This document shows positions 9,226 through 19,273 of a stretch of 64,000 bases of DNA, in pieces. The translations under genes and the position numbers were made by a program. The stretch's first letter is position 1; each line of letters opens with the position of its first letter. This DNA comes from a bacterium (GTDB taxonomy: Bacteria; Bdellovibrionota_C; UBA2361; CALJRW01). The DNA is taken from positions 1-64,000 of the forward strand of contig JANNBC010000011.1 of NCBI GenBank assembly GCA_031385045.1. Direction: 5' to 3'. The notes beneath the pieces were generated by a model. The model was not told the origin of the DNA. It ran no database searches and saw nothing but the letters and a program-made list of their open reading frames with translations.

Positions 9226-10839
9226 TTAAAAACCCAAGATATTTGAGCGAAATAAGCTATTTCGAAAATACAAAATTAATCGATAATAACAAATTACCAA
9301 CCAAAGCAATACTAAAGTCATCAACAATAATGGACTGCTAATGTTTTCTGAAAAGTAATAACTAATAATCTTTAAGCTTTCATTTAAATAATAGATTAAG
9401 AATACACAGAGATCGAAGAACCACTTATAGTCGAAATACAATAGTCCCAGAGCTACAAATCCTAACTGACAACTAATCACAGTTGCTATTGGGGCAATAA
9501 TTAAATTCGTAAAAAAGGAAATTAAATAAAAGTTATCAAACCAAACAATACTAATAAGTCCAGTAGAAATAGTTGTATAAAAATTAATCCGAACTAAATT
9601 AACAAAAAAACCACTTCCCGCTTGATGCCCAAGAGCAATCCCCAGAAGTGCGAAATAAGTTAGTTGCGAGCCAGGTTGGCGATAACAATAGGGATTAATA
9701 ATCAGATCAATTAGGAAGGTGCTACAAATTAGATTTAGAAAACTAACATTTCGATCTAATATTTTAGTAATCGCTAATAAACAAAGCGCAATTACAGCCC
9801 TTGTACAGGCGCTATCAAAACCAACTAGGCGAGCATAATAATAACTAACGACCACCGCCAAGCAACTAGCTAAGGACTCTAAATTAAACCAAGATGCTAA
9901 TCGACGACTAAGTAATAAAGTTTTTAAAACTATGAAGCGAATAAAATAAAAAATAAGCGTAACTTGAAATCCAGAAACAACCAAAAGATGTGCTAATCCC
10001 AAGCCCTTAAAAAGCTGAGTCTGCGAACCGCTAAGAGCTTGCTCATAGCCAAGCGACATCGATAAAAATAACGCCGTGGCATCATCAAAGAATTGATTAA
10101 TACTAGAATTTTGAATTATCCGCTCTTTAACCTGAGCGACCCAACTCCTTTCTGATGGAAGTGGCGCTAAATAATCCAATTGGCATTTAGCATCAAATCC
10201 CTGAAGTAATAAGCTACGATCAAAATTGCTTTCGGCAGAAATTTCTAATTGTTCAAACTTACCAGCAATTACATAACTCCCCCCTGCTTCTAGATAATCT
10301 GCATTATTTCCTATTAAGCTAACACTTCGGCAATAGATCCGCGCGGATCTAGGCAACTTTAACTCCACGCCGGGATCAATAACTTGAAACTTAAGTTGTA
10401 AGTCACGAACTTGATGAACCTGTGGGTTACTTTCTAATTTAACTAATACTGACCGAGCAGAATGTGTTTTAAAAACTGGAGTGAAATTATCTGTAGTTAA
10501 CCAAGCAGTTGCTAGAAGAGTAATTAAGAAGATCGCTCGATAACAGCGAAGAGTTAGTAATAATAAAGAACCAATGCCAATCGCCCAAAAGATTTGATAC
10601 TGCCCAAAGGGAATAAAAGCTTCTTGCACTAGGACTACCAATAGAATTGGAAGCAACAAGGGATAGCGCTTTTTGAATTTTAATAATAATCTTTCGCTAA
10701 TCTGGTATACTCTAAGCAACAATGAACCGACCTCCTTTAAATATTTGCCAATTAATTTTAATTTTTTGCTTAGCTCCCTGGATAGCCTGTTGCAGCGGAA
10801 TAAACACTCAGAAAGATCCTCAAAAAACAGAATCTTCAT
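9226..10839 (-). CDS. comEC: ComEC/Rec2 competence membrane protein, no C-terminal MBL domain
   Basis: FKGLGLAHLLVVSGFQV, SACTRA, PGSQLTY and multiple TMs; true start probably near 10722. Confidence 0.8.
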   Translation of the reverse strand: MKILFFEDLSECLFRCNRLSRELSKKLKLIGKYLKEVGSLLLRVYQISERLLLKFKKRYPLLLPILLVVLVQEAFIPFGQYQIFWAIGIGSLLLLTLRCYRAIFLITLLATAWLTTDNFTPVFKTHSARSVLVKLESNPQVHQVRDLQLKFQVIDPGVELKLPRSARIYCRSVSLIGNNADYLEAGGSYVIAGKFEQLEISAESNFDRSLLLQGFDAKCQLDYLAPLPSERSWVAQVKERIIQNSSINQFFDDATALFLSMSLGYEQALSGSQTQLFKGLGLAHLLVVSGFQVTLIFYFIRFIVLKTLLLSRRLASWFNLESLASCLAVVVSYYYARLVGFDSACTRAVIALCLLAITKILDRNVSFLNLICSTFLIDLIINPYCYRQPGSQLTYFALLGIALGHQAGSGFFVNLVRINFYTTISTGLISIVWFDNFYLISFFTNLIIAPIATVISCQLGFVALGLLYFDYKWFFDLCVFLIYYLNESLKIISYYFSENISSPLLLMTLVLLWLVICYYRLILYFRNSLFRSNILGF

Positions 10840-11426
10840 CTAAAACGAGTCTGGCCGAAGAAGCGTTTTATCAAAAAAACTTTCAGTTTATTAGTGATTA
10901 CCAAAGCGCTCGTTACTTATTTGGTCTTAATCAACAAATCCAAGAATCATTAGCAAGACTTTATCAAAGCAAATGTGCCGAATCTTCCAGTGTACTAATT
11001 GCTAATCACCTACAATCATTTGCTCTCACAACTGGCAAAGCTCAAATTATTATTTCTAAAGGCTTAGTTTCTAAGCTCCGTTCTGAAGATGAATTATTTT
11101 TTGTGCTAGCGCATGAAAATGCCCATATTGCTAATTGTGATTTACGAAAAGATACTTCTAATCACCGTAACTTAGAGCAAGAGTTAATTGCCGACCTTGT
11201 AGCCAGCAATTTGCTAATTGCCACCAATCGTCCAATGTCCGCTGCCTATTCAGCAATCAATCGCCTTTATGAATTACAACCTGAGCAAGAAATACTAGCT
11301 GAACATCCAAGCCAAACTACCAGATTAAAAAATTTGAATCAGATACCAAAAGACATTGGTAGAATTCTTATCAGATCAAACCAGCAGTTTTTTAATTTGC
11401 AGTTAGCTATTAAGCAGTTATCGTAA
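10722..11426 (+). CDS. M48 family metallopeptidase, probable lipoprotein
   Basis: SEDELFFVLAHENAH (HExxH), EQELIAD, EHPSQTTRL; signal peptide ending IAC-C. Confidence 0.78.
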   Translation: MNRPPLNICQLILIFCLAPWIACCSGINTQKDPQKTESSSKTSLAEEAFYQKNFQFISDYQSARYLFGLNQQIQESLARLYQSKCAESSSVLIANHLQSFALTTGKAQIIISKGLVSKLRSEDELFFVLAHENAHIANCDLRKDTSNHRNLEQELIADLVASNLLIATNRPMSAAYSAINRLYELQPEQEILAEHPSQTTRLKNLNQIPKDIGRILIRSNQQFFNLQLAIKQLS

Positions 11427-13271
11427 TTTTTGCAGTAAAGTTTCAGCTAGCTGTAAATTCATTCTTCCAGTTTGAGCAACTTCTTCGATTGAGGCATTTT
11501 TAATCTCTTCGATACTGCCAAATGCTTTAAGAAGTAGGGTCTTACGCTTTAAACCAATCCCTGGAATGTTATCTAAAGCAGAAGAAAAGACTCGTTTGGC
11601 TCTTTGCGAGCGGTGGAAAGTAATTACAAAGCGATGCACCTCATCACGTATGCCCGCAATTAACTTTGTTAACTTGCGCTCAGCCGATAATTCCAAGGGA
11701 ACATTTGCATAAGGCAAATAAATTCTCTCAGGCTTATTAACACGAAACTTACGAACCTCCGTCGTCCGCTCTTTTGCTAAGGATATTATTTCCTGACTAA
11801 TCTTTAGTTCCTCTAAAGCCTCCATGGCATATCGCAATTGAATTTGACCACCATCAATAATTAATAAGTCTGGAAAATCAGCATTCTCCATTGCTGCTTG
11901 CATTCTACGCTTTACAACTTCCTTAACGGCAGCAAAATCATTGGGCTGATCTTGAAAACTGATTTTATATTTTCGATAATTTTGTTTGTCAGGCTTACCA
12001 TCGTAAAAACTAACGATAGCTCCCACGATATCACTACCTTGCAAATTAGAAATATCTAAACACTCAATTCTTCGAGGAACTTGTTTCAACTTACAAAGCT
12101 TGGTTAATTCTTCTGCTAGATTTTGATACTCAACTTCAGAGTTAAATCTAAGTTCAAAATACTTCTGGGCATTTAGCATGGCTAAACTTACCAAGCGAAA
12201 TTTCAAACCTTTTTGAGGTTCTGTGATTGGTACTTTATGACCTGTAATAATCTTTAAATGATTCTGGATAAAATCTGGGCTAAGTGGCAAAATATTGCAA
12301 ACAACTTCTTCCGGAACATCTCGACCGGCAAGATAATATTGTTCAATAACTGACTGCATTAAATCTTCATCTGGCAAATCAACTAATTCAAAGGGATAAT
12401 TATTGTTATAAGCGATACGACCACTCCGAACCTGCATAACCGCTACTACCGCCAAACTTTCTTCTCGGTAAAGTGCAAAGATATCGCGATTCTCCGTTCC
12501 TGAAGAAATATACTTTTGACCTTGTTTAAACTTCTTTAAGATTTCAATCCGATCCCGAGCAATCGCAGCATCTTCAAAAAATAAGTTTTGACTAGACTGC
12601 TCCATTTGTGTTTCTAACTGCTTTACAATTGGTTGGATTTGTCCGTTTAACAAGGAAGTGGCTTGTTTCACCCAATCGGAATATTGATCAGGATCTACTG
12701 CCAGACAACACGGCCCGGCACATCGTTTAATTTGATATTCCAAACAAGGTCGCTGACGATTATGAAAAACTGTATCAGTACAAGTTCTAAGTGGGATTGT
12801 CTGATGAATTAGTTCCGTTAACTCCCTAACTTCATAGCTATAGCTATATGGTCCAAAATACTTAGCACCATCATTTTCCACTCGGCGGACTAGCTCAACT
12901 CTAGGCCACTCAGCATTAGTATCAACTCGAATACTTAGGTAGTTTTTATCATCTTTAAGGCGAATATTATAACGAGGTTTATATTTATTAATTAAGTCTC
13001 GTTCTAAGATTAAAGACTGCTCTTCCGTTTCAGTCACTATCGTTTGGATTTGATAGACCCGTTGCATTAAAAACTTAATTTGATAGCGGTCATCACGACC
13101 AAAGAAATAACTACTTAAGCGAACTTTTAGATCTTTAGCCTTTCCAATGTAAACTACCTTAGCTTCCTGATCTTTCATCAAGTAAACCCCAGAGGAACGT
13201 GGTAAATTATTTAAGAAGGCGCGCTCACCAGCGTTAAATTGGTCAAAAAGCAACGTCACTGATTCGGACAC
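11418..13271 (-). CDS. uvrC: Excinuclease ABC subunit C
   Basis: GIY-YIG (GVYLM...YIGKAKDL), RIECLDIS, PDLLIIDGG, RDEVHRF and HhH. Confidence 0.97.
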   Translation of the reverse strand: MSESVTLLFDQFNAGERAFLNNLPRSSGVYLMKDQEAKVVYIGKAKDLKVRLSSYFFGRDDRYQIKFLMQRVYQIQTIVTETEEQSLILERDLINKYKPRYNIRLKDDKNYLSIRVDTNAEWPRVELVRRVENDGAKYFGPYSYSYEVRELTELIHQTIPLRTCTDTVFHNRQRPCLEYQIKRCAGPCCLAVDPDQYSDWVKQATSLLNGQIQPIVKQLETQMEQSSQNLFFEDAAIARDRIEILKKFKQGQKYISSGTENRDIFALYREESLAVVAVMQVRSGRIAYNNNYPFELVDLPDEDLMQSVIEQYYLAGRDVPEEVVCNILPLSPDFIQNHLKIITGHKVPITEPQKGLKFRLVSLAMLNAQKYFELRFNSEVEYQNLAEELTKLCKLKQVPRRIECLDISNLQGSDIVGAIVSFYDGKPDKQNYRKYKISFQDQPNDFAAVKEVVKRRMQAAMENADFPDLLIIDGGQIQLRYAMEALEELKISQEIISLAKERTTEVRKFRVNKPERIYLPYANVPLELSAERKLTKLIAGIRDEVHRFVITFHRSQRAKRVFSSALDNIPGIGLKRKTLLLKAFGSIEEIKNASIEEVAQTGRMNLQLAETLLQKLR

Positions 13272-13274
13272 AAA

Positions 13275-15287
13275 CTACTCGGCAATTAATAAAAGTTCTT
13301 CTAGCTTAAAGATCAAATCTCGTACTTTTGCAGCTTCTTCAAATTCTTTCTTGGCTGCAAATTGAAACATCTTTTCTCTTTGTAGATTAATTAATTTTAA
13401 GATTTCTTTAGGATCTTTTGGTAACCCCTGATGTTCCAGATCAATTTCTGAAAGATCCACTAATGATTCAAAAATAGAGGCATCAACTGAGCGTTTAGCA
13501 GAAACTGGGGTAATATTATTTTCCAGATTATACTTCGCCTGAATTAATCTCCGCCGATTTGTCTCATCAATTGTTGCTTGAATTGAACCAGTCATTTTAT
13601 CAGCGTAAAGAATTGCTCGGCCATTTAAGTTTCTAGCAGCTCGTCCAACTGTCTGAATTAGAGAACGTTCTGATCTTAAGAACCCCTCCTTATCAGCATC
13701 TAAAATTGCTACTAAGCTAACTTCCACCAAATCAAGCCCCTCGCGCAATAAATTAATCCCAATTAAAACATCAAACTCGCCTTTTCTAAGACCTCGAATA
13801 ATCTCGACCCTTTCAATGGTCTTTACATCTGAATGTAAATAGCGACATTTAATATCAATCTCTCGAAAGTAAGTAGCCAAGTCTTCCGCCATTTTCTTGG
13901 TAAGTGTTGTTACTATTACTCGCTCTCCTCTTTCGATAGTTAAGCGAATCTCATGAGTCAGATCATCCACTTGATTTTTAGCAGGACGAATAGAAATTTC
14001 TGGATCTAACAAACCAGTTGGTCGGTTAATTTGCGCAAAGGTTTTGCCTTGGGATTTTTCTAATTCTCTATCGCCGGGGGTTGCTGAAACAAAAATTACT
14101 TGTTTGGCGCGATCCCAAAATTCATCACTATTAAGTGGGCGATTATCTAAAGCTGACGGTAAGCGAAAACCATACTCCACAAGATTTGTTTTCCGAGCAC
14201 GATCGCCAGCAAACATTCCCCCAATTTGAGGAACAGTTACGTGTGACTCATCAATAATAACTAGAAAATCATCAGGGAAATAATCAATTAACGTAGTGGG
14301 TGATTCCCCCGCCTCTCGCCCAGCTAAATGTCGACTATAGTTTTCAACCCCCGGACAAAAACCTACCTCTTGGAATAATTCTAAATCATACAATGTTCTC
14401 TGCTTAATTCGTTCGGCCTCAAAGCCCTTGCCCCTAGCTCGAAAGACAGGTAACCAAGCATTTAGTTCCTCTTTAATGGAAACAATTGCCTTCTTCACAC
14501 TCTCTTGGCTACTTAAAAAGTGGCTAAGTGGATAAACGGCAACTTTTTTTACTTTTTTTAGAAACTTACTAGTAAGTGGATCAATAAAATTAAGACTTTC
14601 TACTTCATCGCCAAATAATTCGATACGAATCGCTAAGGAATCTTGATCCCCAGGGAAAACATCAATCACATCACCGCGAACTCGAAACGTTCCCCGCTTA
14701 AATTCCAAATCACTACGCTGGTACTGCATGTAAACTAACTGCTGAATAATTTGTTCCCGATCCACCGTGTCACCATCTTCGACATAGAGCATCAAGTTAA
14801 AATATTCCTCTGGAGCACCAAGTCCATAAATACAACTAACACTAGCAACAATGATTGTATCTCGTGATTCTAGAATTGCTCGCGTAGCGGCATGTCTTAA
14901 CTTATCAATCTCCTGATTAATTGAAGAATCCTTTTCAATGTAAGTGTCTGATATCGGCAGATAAGCTTCGGGCTGGTAGTAATCATAATAACTCACAAAA
15001 TAGTGCACATTGTTATTAGGAAAAAATTCACGAAACTCATTGTAGAGTTGCGCTGCTAAAGTTTTATTGGGCGCAATAATTAATGCTGGGCGATTAACCT
15101 CTTCAATCACTTTGGCGATAGTATAAGTCTTACCTGAACCAGTAATTCCAAGTAGTGTTTGATAAGTGTTTTTAGCATTTACGCTTTCAATCAAACCAGC
15201 AATAGCAGTTGGTTGATCACCTCTCGGCTCAAAGGTCGATTCCAGTTTAAATTTTCCAGGAGAAGGAGTGAATTCACGTTTAGCCAT
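13275..15287 (-). CDS. uvrB: Excinuclease ABC subunit B
   Basis: GITGSGKT, YFVSYYDYYQPEAY, DESH, GINLLREGLD. Confidence 0.98.
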   Translation of the reverse strand: MAKREFTPSPGKFKLESTFEPRGDQPTAIAGLIESVNAKNTYQTLLGITGSGKTYTIAKVIEEVNRPALIIAPNKTLAAQLYNEFREFFPNNNVHYFVSYYDYYQPEAYLPISDTYIEKDSSINQEIDKLRHAATRAILESRDTIIVASVSCIYGLGAPEEYFNLMLYVEDGDTVDREQIIQQLVYMQYQRSDLEFKRGTFRVRGDVIDVFPGDQDSLAIRIELFGDEVESLNFIDPLTSKFLKKVKKVAVYPLSHFLSSQESVKKAIVSIKEELNAWLPVFRARGKGFEAERIKQRTLYDLELFQEVGFCPGVENYSRHLAGREAGESPTTLIDYFPDDFLVIIDESHVTVPQIGGMFAGDRARKTNLVEYGFRLPSALDNRPLNSDEFWDRAKQVIFVSATPGDRELEKSQGKTFAQINRPTGLLDPEISIRPAKNQVDDLTHEIRLTIERGERVIVTTLTKKMAEDLATYFREIDIKCRYLHSDVKTIERVEIIRGLRKGEFDVLIGINLLREGLDLVEVSLVAILDADKEGFLRSERSLIQTVGRAARNLNGRAILYADKMTGSIQATIDETNRRRLIQAKYNLENNITPVSAKRSVDASIFESLVDLSEIDLEHQGLPKDPKEILKLINLQREKMFQFAAKKEFEEAAKVRDLIFKLEELLLIAE

Positions 15288-15325
15288 GAGTTATAGAATG
15301 TCTAACGACTAATGATAAAAATAAT

Positions 15326-16495
15326 TTAACCCAGGATAACATTAATTTCTTGTTCGATAAATCTCTTCCAATCGATCAATCTAAATTCATTATTTACGAT
15401 CCTTTCATTTTGCTCATTAACCAGGACAAAACAAGGCACCGTTGGATGTTCCTCTTTGAATGACTTTAGTCCAGTTAAATCCGCAGCACCAATCTTTTTC
15501 CTACTTTTAATTTCAATTGCACAAAGAATTTTAGCTCCTCTCGCAATCAACAAATCAACTTCTGCTCCATGATTCGTTCTCCAGAAATAAAATTGCAAAT
15601 CAAGCCTTTGATAATCACAATAAGCAATAATTTGATTGATGACTAATTGTTCAAATCGACGTCCTTTAACAATTGGATCAAGTTCTGAATTTAATTGATG
15701 GGTTAAAGCATTTGTGACTCCACAATCAAAAAAATAATAACGTGGATGACTGATTAACTGTTTTCTTACACTTCGCGACCAACCAGATAGTTTATTAACG
15801 AGAAAAGTATCTTCTAAAATTTGAAAATATCCTTTCACAGTATTGGAAGTAACTGCACATTCTCTGGCGATACTGCTAAAATTAGTAATCTCTCCATCAT
15901 TTGCTGCTACTATATCAAGGAAAGATCCAAATGATCCAATATCTCTCACCAAGCCTTCTTGTTGAATTTCTTCTTTTAAGTATGTACTAACGTATGCTCT
16001 TAAAAATTCCACAGAATCTTCTTGATCGTTTTCGTAAAGTGTTGGGAGTGTTCCCACTTTTAGTGCCCGATCTAAATTAAAATCCTCTCCTAATTCTTGA
16101 AATGTAAGTGGATAAAGTTGGTATGTGTACGCTCGTCCCGCCAATAAGTTAGCGCCACTACGTTTTAATTTTCGGGCACTCGATCCAGTTAAAATAAATC
16201 TAGCTTTTTTTGATTCAATTAATTCATGTACTTCATCCAGCAAACTAGGAACTTTTTGAATTTCATCAATTACAAAAATGGCCTTAGGATACTTTTTAAG
16301 ATGCAGTAAGATCTCCTCTCTAAATCTCGAGGGATCTTTAGCGTAAGCAATAAAGTTTTTATGTGGCAGAAGATCAATATAAAAATCATCCTTCTTTAAA
16401 AGGGACTTTACTAAGGTACTTTTACCAGTTTGCCGAGGTCCAAAGAGAAAATAACTCTTTTTTTTTGTTGGAATAATTAATCTTTGATAAGTCAC
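15326..16495 (-). CDS. AAA+ ATPase with DUF4143 / PD-(D/E)xK C-terminal domain
   Basis: GPRQTGKS Walker A, IDEIQK, TGSSA, LAGRA; C-terminal EVDLL...AIEIK. Confidence 0.88.
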   Translation of the reverse strand: MTYQRLIIPTKKKSYFLFGPRQTGKSTLVKSLLKKDDFYIDLLPHKNFIAYAKDPSRFREEILLHLKKYPKAIFVIDEIQKVPSLLDEVHELIESKKARFILTGSSARKLKRSGANLLAGRAYTYQLYPLTFQELGEDFNLDRALKVGTLPTLYENDQEDSVEFLRAYVSTYLKEEIQQEGLVRDIGSFGSFLDIVAANDGEITNFSSIARECAVTSNTVKGYFQILEDTFLVNKLSGWSRSVRKQLISHPRYYFFDCGVTNALTHQLNSELDPIVKGRRFEQLVINQIIAYCDYQRLDLQFYFWRTNHGAEVDLLIARGAKILCAIEIKSRKKIGAADLTGLKSFKEEHPTVPCFVLVNEQNERIVNNEFRLIDWKRFIEQEINVILG

Positions 16496-16501
16496 TTCAA
16501 A

Positions 16502-16530
16502 AATATACGGTATATATGAAGCCTTGTAAA
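16502..16530 (-). promoter_or_regulatory. Sigma70-like promoter for the DUF4143 ATPase, near-leaderless
   Basis: TTTACA-17-TATATT on the minus strand, 6 nt before GTG; overlapped by the imperfect inverted repeat cttca..atatac-g-gtatat..tgaag. Confidence 0.55.
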
Positions 16531-16726
16531 GACTTTTAAATATTTTCTAAATTTTAATTTAAGTAACATAATCTGCTTACCCAAACGATAACTAACTGAT
16601 ACCACTGATTATTTTCTAAAAAGCCGTACTATTCTTTGAGTTATTGCCCCAAATTAACTTACTAACTGAACCAATCACTAAATATAGCGAATTTTTTAAG
16701 AACTCTTGGATCGCAGGGGAGATAGA

Positions 16727-17794
16727 CTAAAGAATCGTTCGTTCCTTAATTCTTTTCTTAGCTAATTGAATGGCAGTCTCTTCCGGAAATTGTGATAGTT
16801 TTTCCGCGTTATCAAGAATCTTAACCAGAGTATGAGGAATCTGCATAATTTTATTGTGCACCCACTCACGTTTCCAACCACCTTGATTTAGTTCTGCACC
16901 AACAGAGATTACACCACCAGCATTTACAACAAAATCTGGACAATAAATAATTCCACGACCTGTGATTTCCGACCACATGGAAGAATCACTGATTTGGTTA
17001 TTAGCTGCTCCTAAAATAACCTTACAAGTTAAACTCTTAATTGTTTTTTTATTAATTGTCTGACCAATGGCACAAGGAGCAAAGACGTCACATTCAACTT
17101 TATGAATCTCATTTAAGGCGACAAGCTTAGCACCTAATTCGTTCTTAGCTTGATCTAAATTTGCTTGGTTAACATCAGTGACTATTAATTTGGCCCCATG
17201 ATCTTTTAACTGCTGGGCAAGTCCGTAACCAACTTTTCCAATTCCTTCAATTGCTACCGTAATTTCAGAAACTTTCTTATTTAACTTCTGTTCAACAACT
17301 GTTTTTAAACTTTCGAAAACGCCCTTAGCTGTCCAAGGAGAAGGATCTCCACTTCCACCAGCCTCTTCCGCAAAACCAACGCAGTAGTTACTAACTTGTT
17401 TAATAGTTTGAATATCAGAGACGCGGGTTCCCATATCTTCAGCGGTATAATAAGTTCCACTGAGTGTATTTAAGTATTTTCCAAACTGCGTAAATAACTC
17501 ATCGCGTCCTTCATCCAAATGAGAATCAGCAATTATACAGGCTTTTCCACCACCAAGATTAAGTCCGGCAATAGAATTCTTATAAGACATCCCTTCAGAA
17601 AGTCTGGTAACATCCTCTAGTGCTTCTTCCTCACTGCTGTAATTTTTAATTCGACAGCCACCTAAGCTTGGGCCTAAGACAGTACTATGAATGGCAACGA
17701 TAGCTTTTAGTTTTGTTACCGGGCAATAAAAGAATACGACTGATTCATGCTCTCTTGCCTGAGCCCTAGAGAATACGCCACTATAATTGAACAT
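16727..17794 (-). CDS. Glu/Leu/Phe/Val dehydrogenase (leucine dehydrogenase type)
   Basis: LGPSLGGCR, MSYKN, GGGKA, AEDMGT, SGDPSPWTAKGV, GAANNQ, PDFVVNAGGVI. Confidence 0.92.
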   Translation of the reverse strand: MFNYSGVFSRAQAREHESVVFFYCPVTKLKAIVAIHSTVLGPSLGGCRIKNYSSEEEALEDVTRLSEGMSYKNSIAGLNLGGGKACIIADSHLDEGRDELFTQFGKYLNTLSGTYYTAEDMGTRVSDIQTIKQVSNYCVGFAEEAGGSGDPSPWTAKGVFESLKTVVEQKLNKKVSEITVAIEGIGKVGYGLAQQLKDHGAKLIVTDVNQANLDQAKNELGAKLVALNEIHKVECDVFAPCAIGQTINKKTIKSLTCKVILGAANNQISDSSMWSEITGRGIIYCPDFVVNAGGVISVGAELNQGGWKREWVHNKIMQIPHTLVKILDNAEKLSQFPEETAIQLAKKRIKERTIL

Positions 17795-17806
17795 TTTATT
17801 TACTGA

Positions 17807-17959
17807 TTAATTAGTTTGATCAGGAGTTGTTTCGCGTACTGCTTGAGTATACTTAACTTTATCCTTAGGCTCTTTAATGTCGGCAGATGGCAGAGGCAGT
17901 TTTTGACAGGCAGAGAAAGTTAAGGCCAAAACTAAGAATAAATAGACTAGGGTTTTCAT
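17807..17959 (-). CDS. Small 50-aa putative lipoprotein (not in ORF track)
   Basis: MKTLVYLFLVLALTFSA-CQKLPLPSADIKEPKDKVKYTQAVRETTPDQTN: basic N-terminus, hydrophobic core and lipobox Cys; ends 12 nt upstream of the dehydrogenase start. Confidence 0.7.
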   Translation of the reverse strand: MKTLVYLFLVLALTFSACQKLPLPSADIKEPKDKVKYTQAVRETTPDQTN

Positions 17960-18028
17960 GGTATTTATGGATAAATAAGCCCTTAGATTATAGCATCGCT
18001 TGAAATTAGGTGCAATTCTAAGTAGAAA

Positions 18029-18214
18029 TCAAATCAGACCTGCTTTTTCGCAAGCATCACGGAAGACAAAGTCTACAAATCTAGCCCGCTCTTCGCGTTT
18101 TTTTCTTTTTTCTTCAAGATAGGCAGGAAGGTTATCTAATACTTCAAGGACATCCCACATCCTAGAGTCCTCAAATTCAAATCCCAATTCTCTTAAACGC
18201 TTTACTTGACTCAT
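18029..18214 (-). CDS. Small hypothetical protein coupled to the zeta-like ATPase
   Basis: ATGA overlap with the upstream gene; charged 61 aa. Confidence 0.6.
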   Translation of the reverse strand: MSQVKRLRELGFEFEDSRMWDVLEVLDNLPAYLEEKRKKREERARFVDFVFRDACEKAGLI

Positions 18215-18771
18215 AATTCTTGAAATAAATTATATTTGATTTGATCAAAGACTATTTCTTTTCCATTAGGCTTAGCTGCAATGATTATAGCAGAATTATT
18301 AGTATTATTAAATAACCACCAATTATCAACTAGCTTCTGGTAAATGGAACGGAAATTATTAAGAGATCTTGGAAAGCGACGCAGAATAGTATCACCTGGT
18401 ATATTATGCCCTCCCTCTTTAACACGATTAGCTACTCTTTGAATTGCTAAATCAACTGATTCCACAAAAATAAAATAGATTTCTATATGATACCCCAATG
18501 TTCGTGCATCTTTAATCAATTTAATCCAAATCTTCCCAGAAAGAGTGGTTTCAAAAGCAATATCTTGTTTTGCATCCAATAAATTACGAATAACTTTGAT
18601 TAGAACACGCCCTGATTCTATTTCTGACTTAACTGAATTCCCTAAACCATTAGCAATTGTATCTGCATTTAAAAATGTTTTAATTTGACCATTTTTTTTC
18701 AAAACATCTGCCAAGGTAGATTTTCCACTACCATTTGGTCCTGCAAGAATAATTAATTTAGGAGGTGTCAT
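18211..18771 (-). CDS. Zeta-toxin-like P-loop ATPase/kinase (COG4185 type)
   Basis: AGPNGSGKST, LNAD, FETTLSG, RVANRVKEGGHNIP. Confidence 0.85.
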   Translation of the reverse strand: MTPPKLIILAGPNGSGKSTLADVLKKNGQIKTFLNADTIANGLGNSVKSEIESGRVLIKVIRNLLDAKQDIAFETTLSGKIWIKLIKDARTLGYHIEIYFIFVESVDLAIQRVANRVKEGGHNIPGDTILRRFPRSLNNFRSIYQKLVDNWWLFNNTNNSAIIIAAKPNGKEIVFDQIKYNLFQEL

Positions 18772-18854
18772 TATTTAATTAGAATATAACTTTGAGGGAA
18801 GTGGCTCAAGGGGGAAGTTTGTTAGGTGTAAAAAAGTTATGTTTGAAAACTAAG

Positions 18855-18964
18855 TCCGCAGTCGCCTGAGGTTATTGAGAAATTTTGGAGCTTTATCGGG
18901 ACATTCCGTCTTCGCCAGAAGTTATCAGGAAGAAGGAAATAATTAGAGGGCTTCGACGTGACAC
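18855..18964 (+). repeat. Two tandem degenerate REP-like repeats
   Basis: tccgcagtcgcc..gctttatcgggaca (18855-18903) and tccgtcttcgcc..ggcttcgacgtgacac (18905-18964); both continue cgccNgaNgttat. Confidence 0.5.
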
Positions 18965-19006
18965 TTATTTTTACTTATTAGCCTATGGCTAATAAGTAAA
19001 AATAAG

Positions 19007-19008
<2 letters not shown>
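18962..19008. repeat. Perfect 22-bp inverted repeat at the tRNA 3' end
   Basis: cacttatttttacttattagcc-tat-ggctaataagtaaaaataagtg. Confidence 0.9.
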
Positions 19009-19083
<75 letters not shown>

Positions 19084-19273
19084 CAAATATTGTAGATCAT
19101 TCAAGAGTTTATAGCAAGTTTCATCAAAAATAACCGTGATTTTCGAAACTTCTGGGCAATTTAAATCGTGGTATAGCTAAGCTTAAATACCAAAAATAAC
19201 ATTCATTAGGAACTCATTTAAAAGCATCAAGCCTATATTAGTGCCAGCAAAATGGGTAATTTATTAGCTATGA

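Noticed and set aside
9960..10010. comEC as an inactive pseudogene because of SGFQ in place of SGxH and the missing MBL domain
   Set aside because: The ORF is uninterrupted, and ComEC proteins lacking the MBL domain or varying at this position are known.
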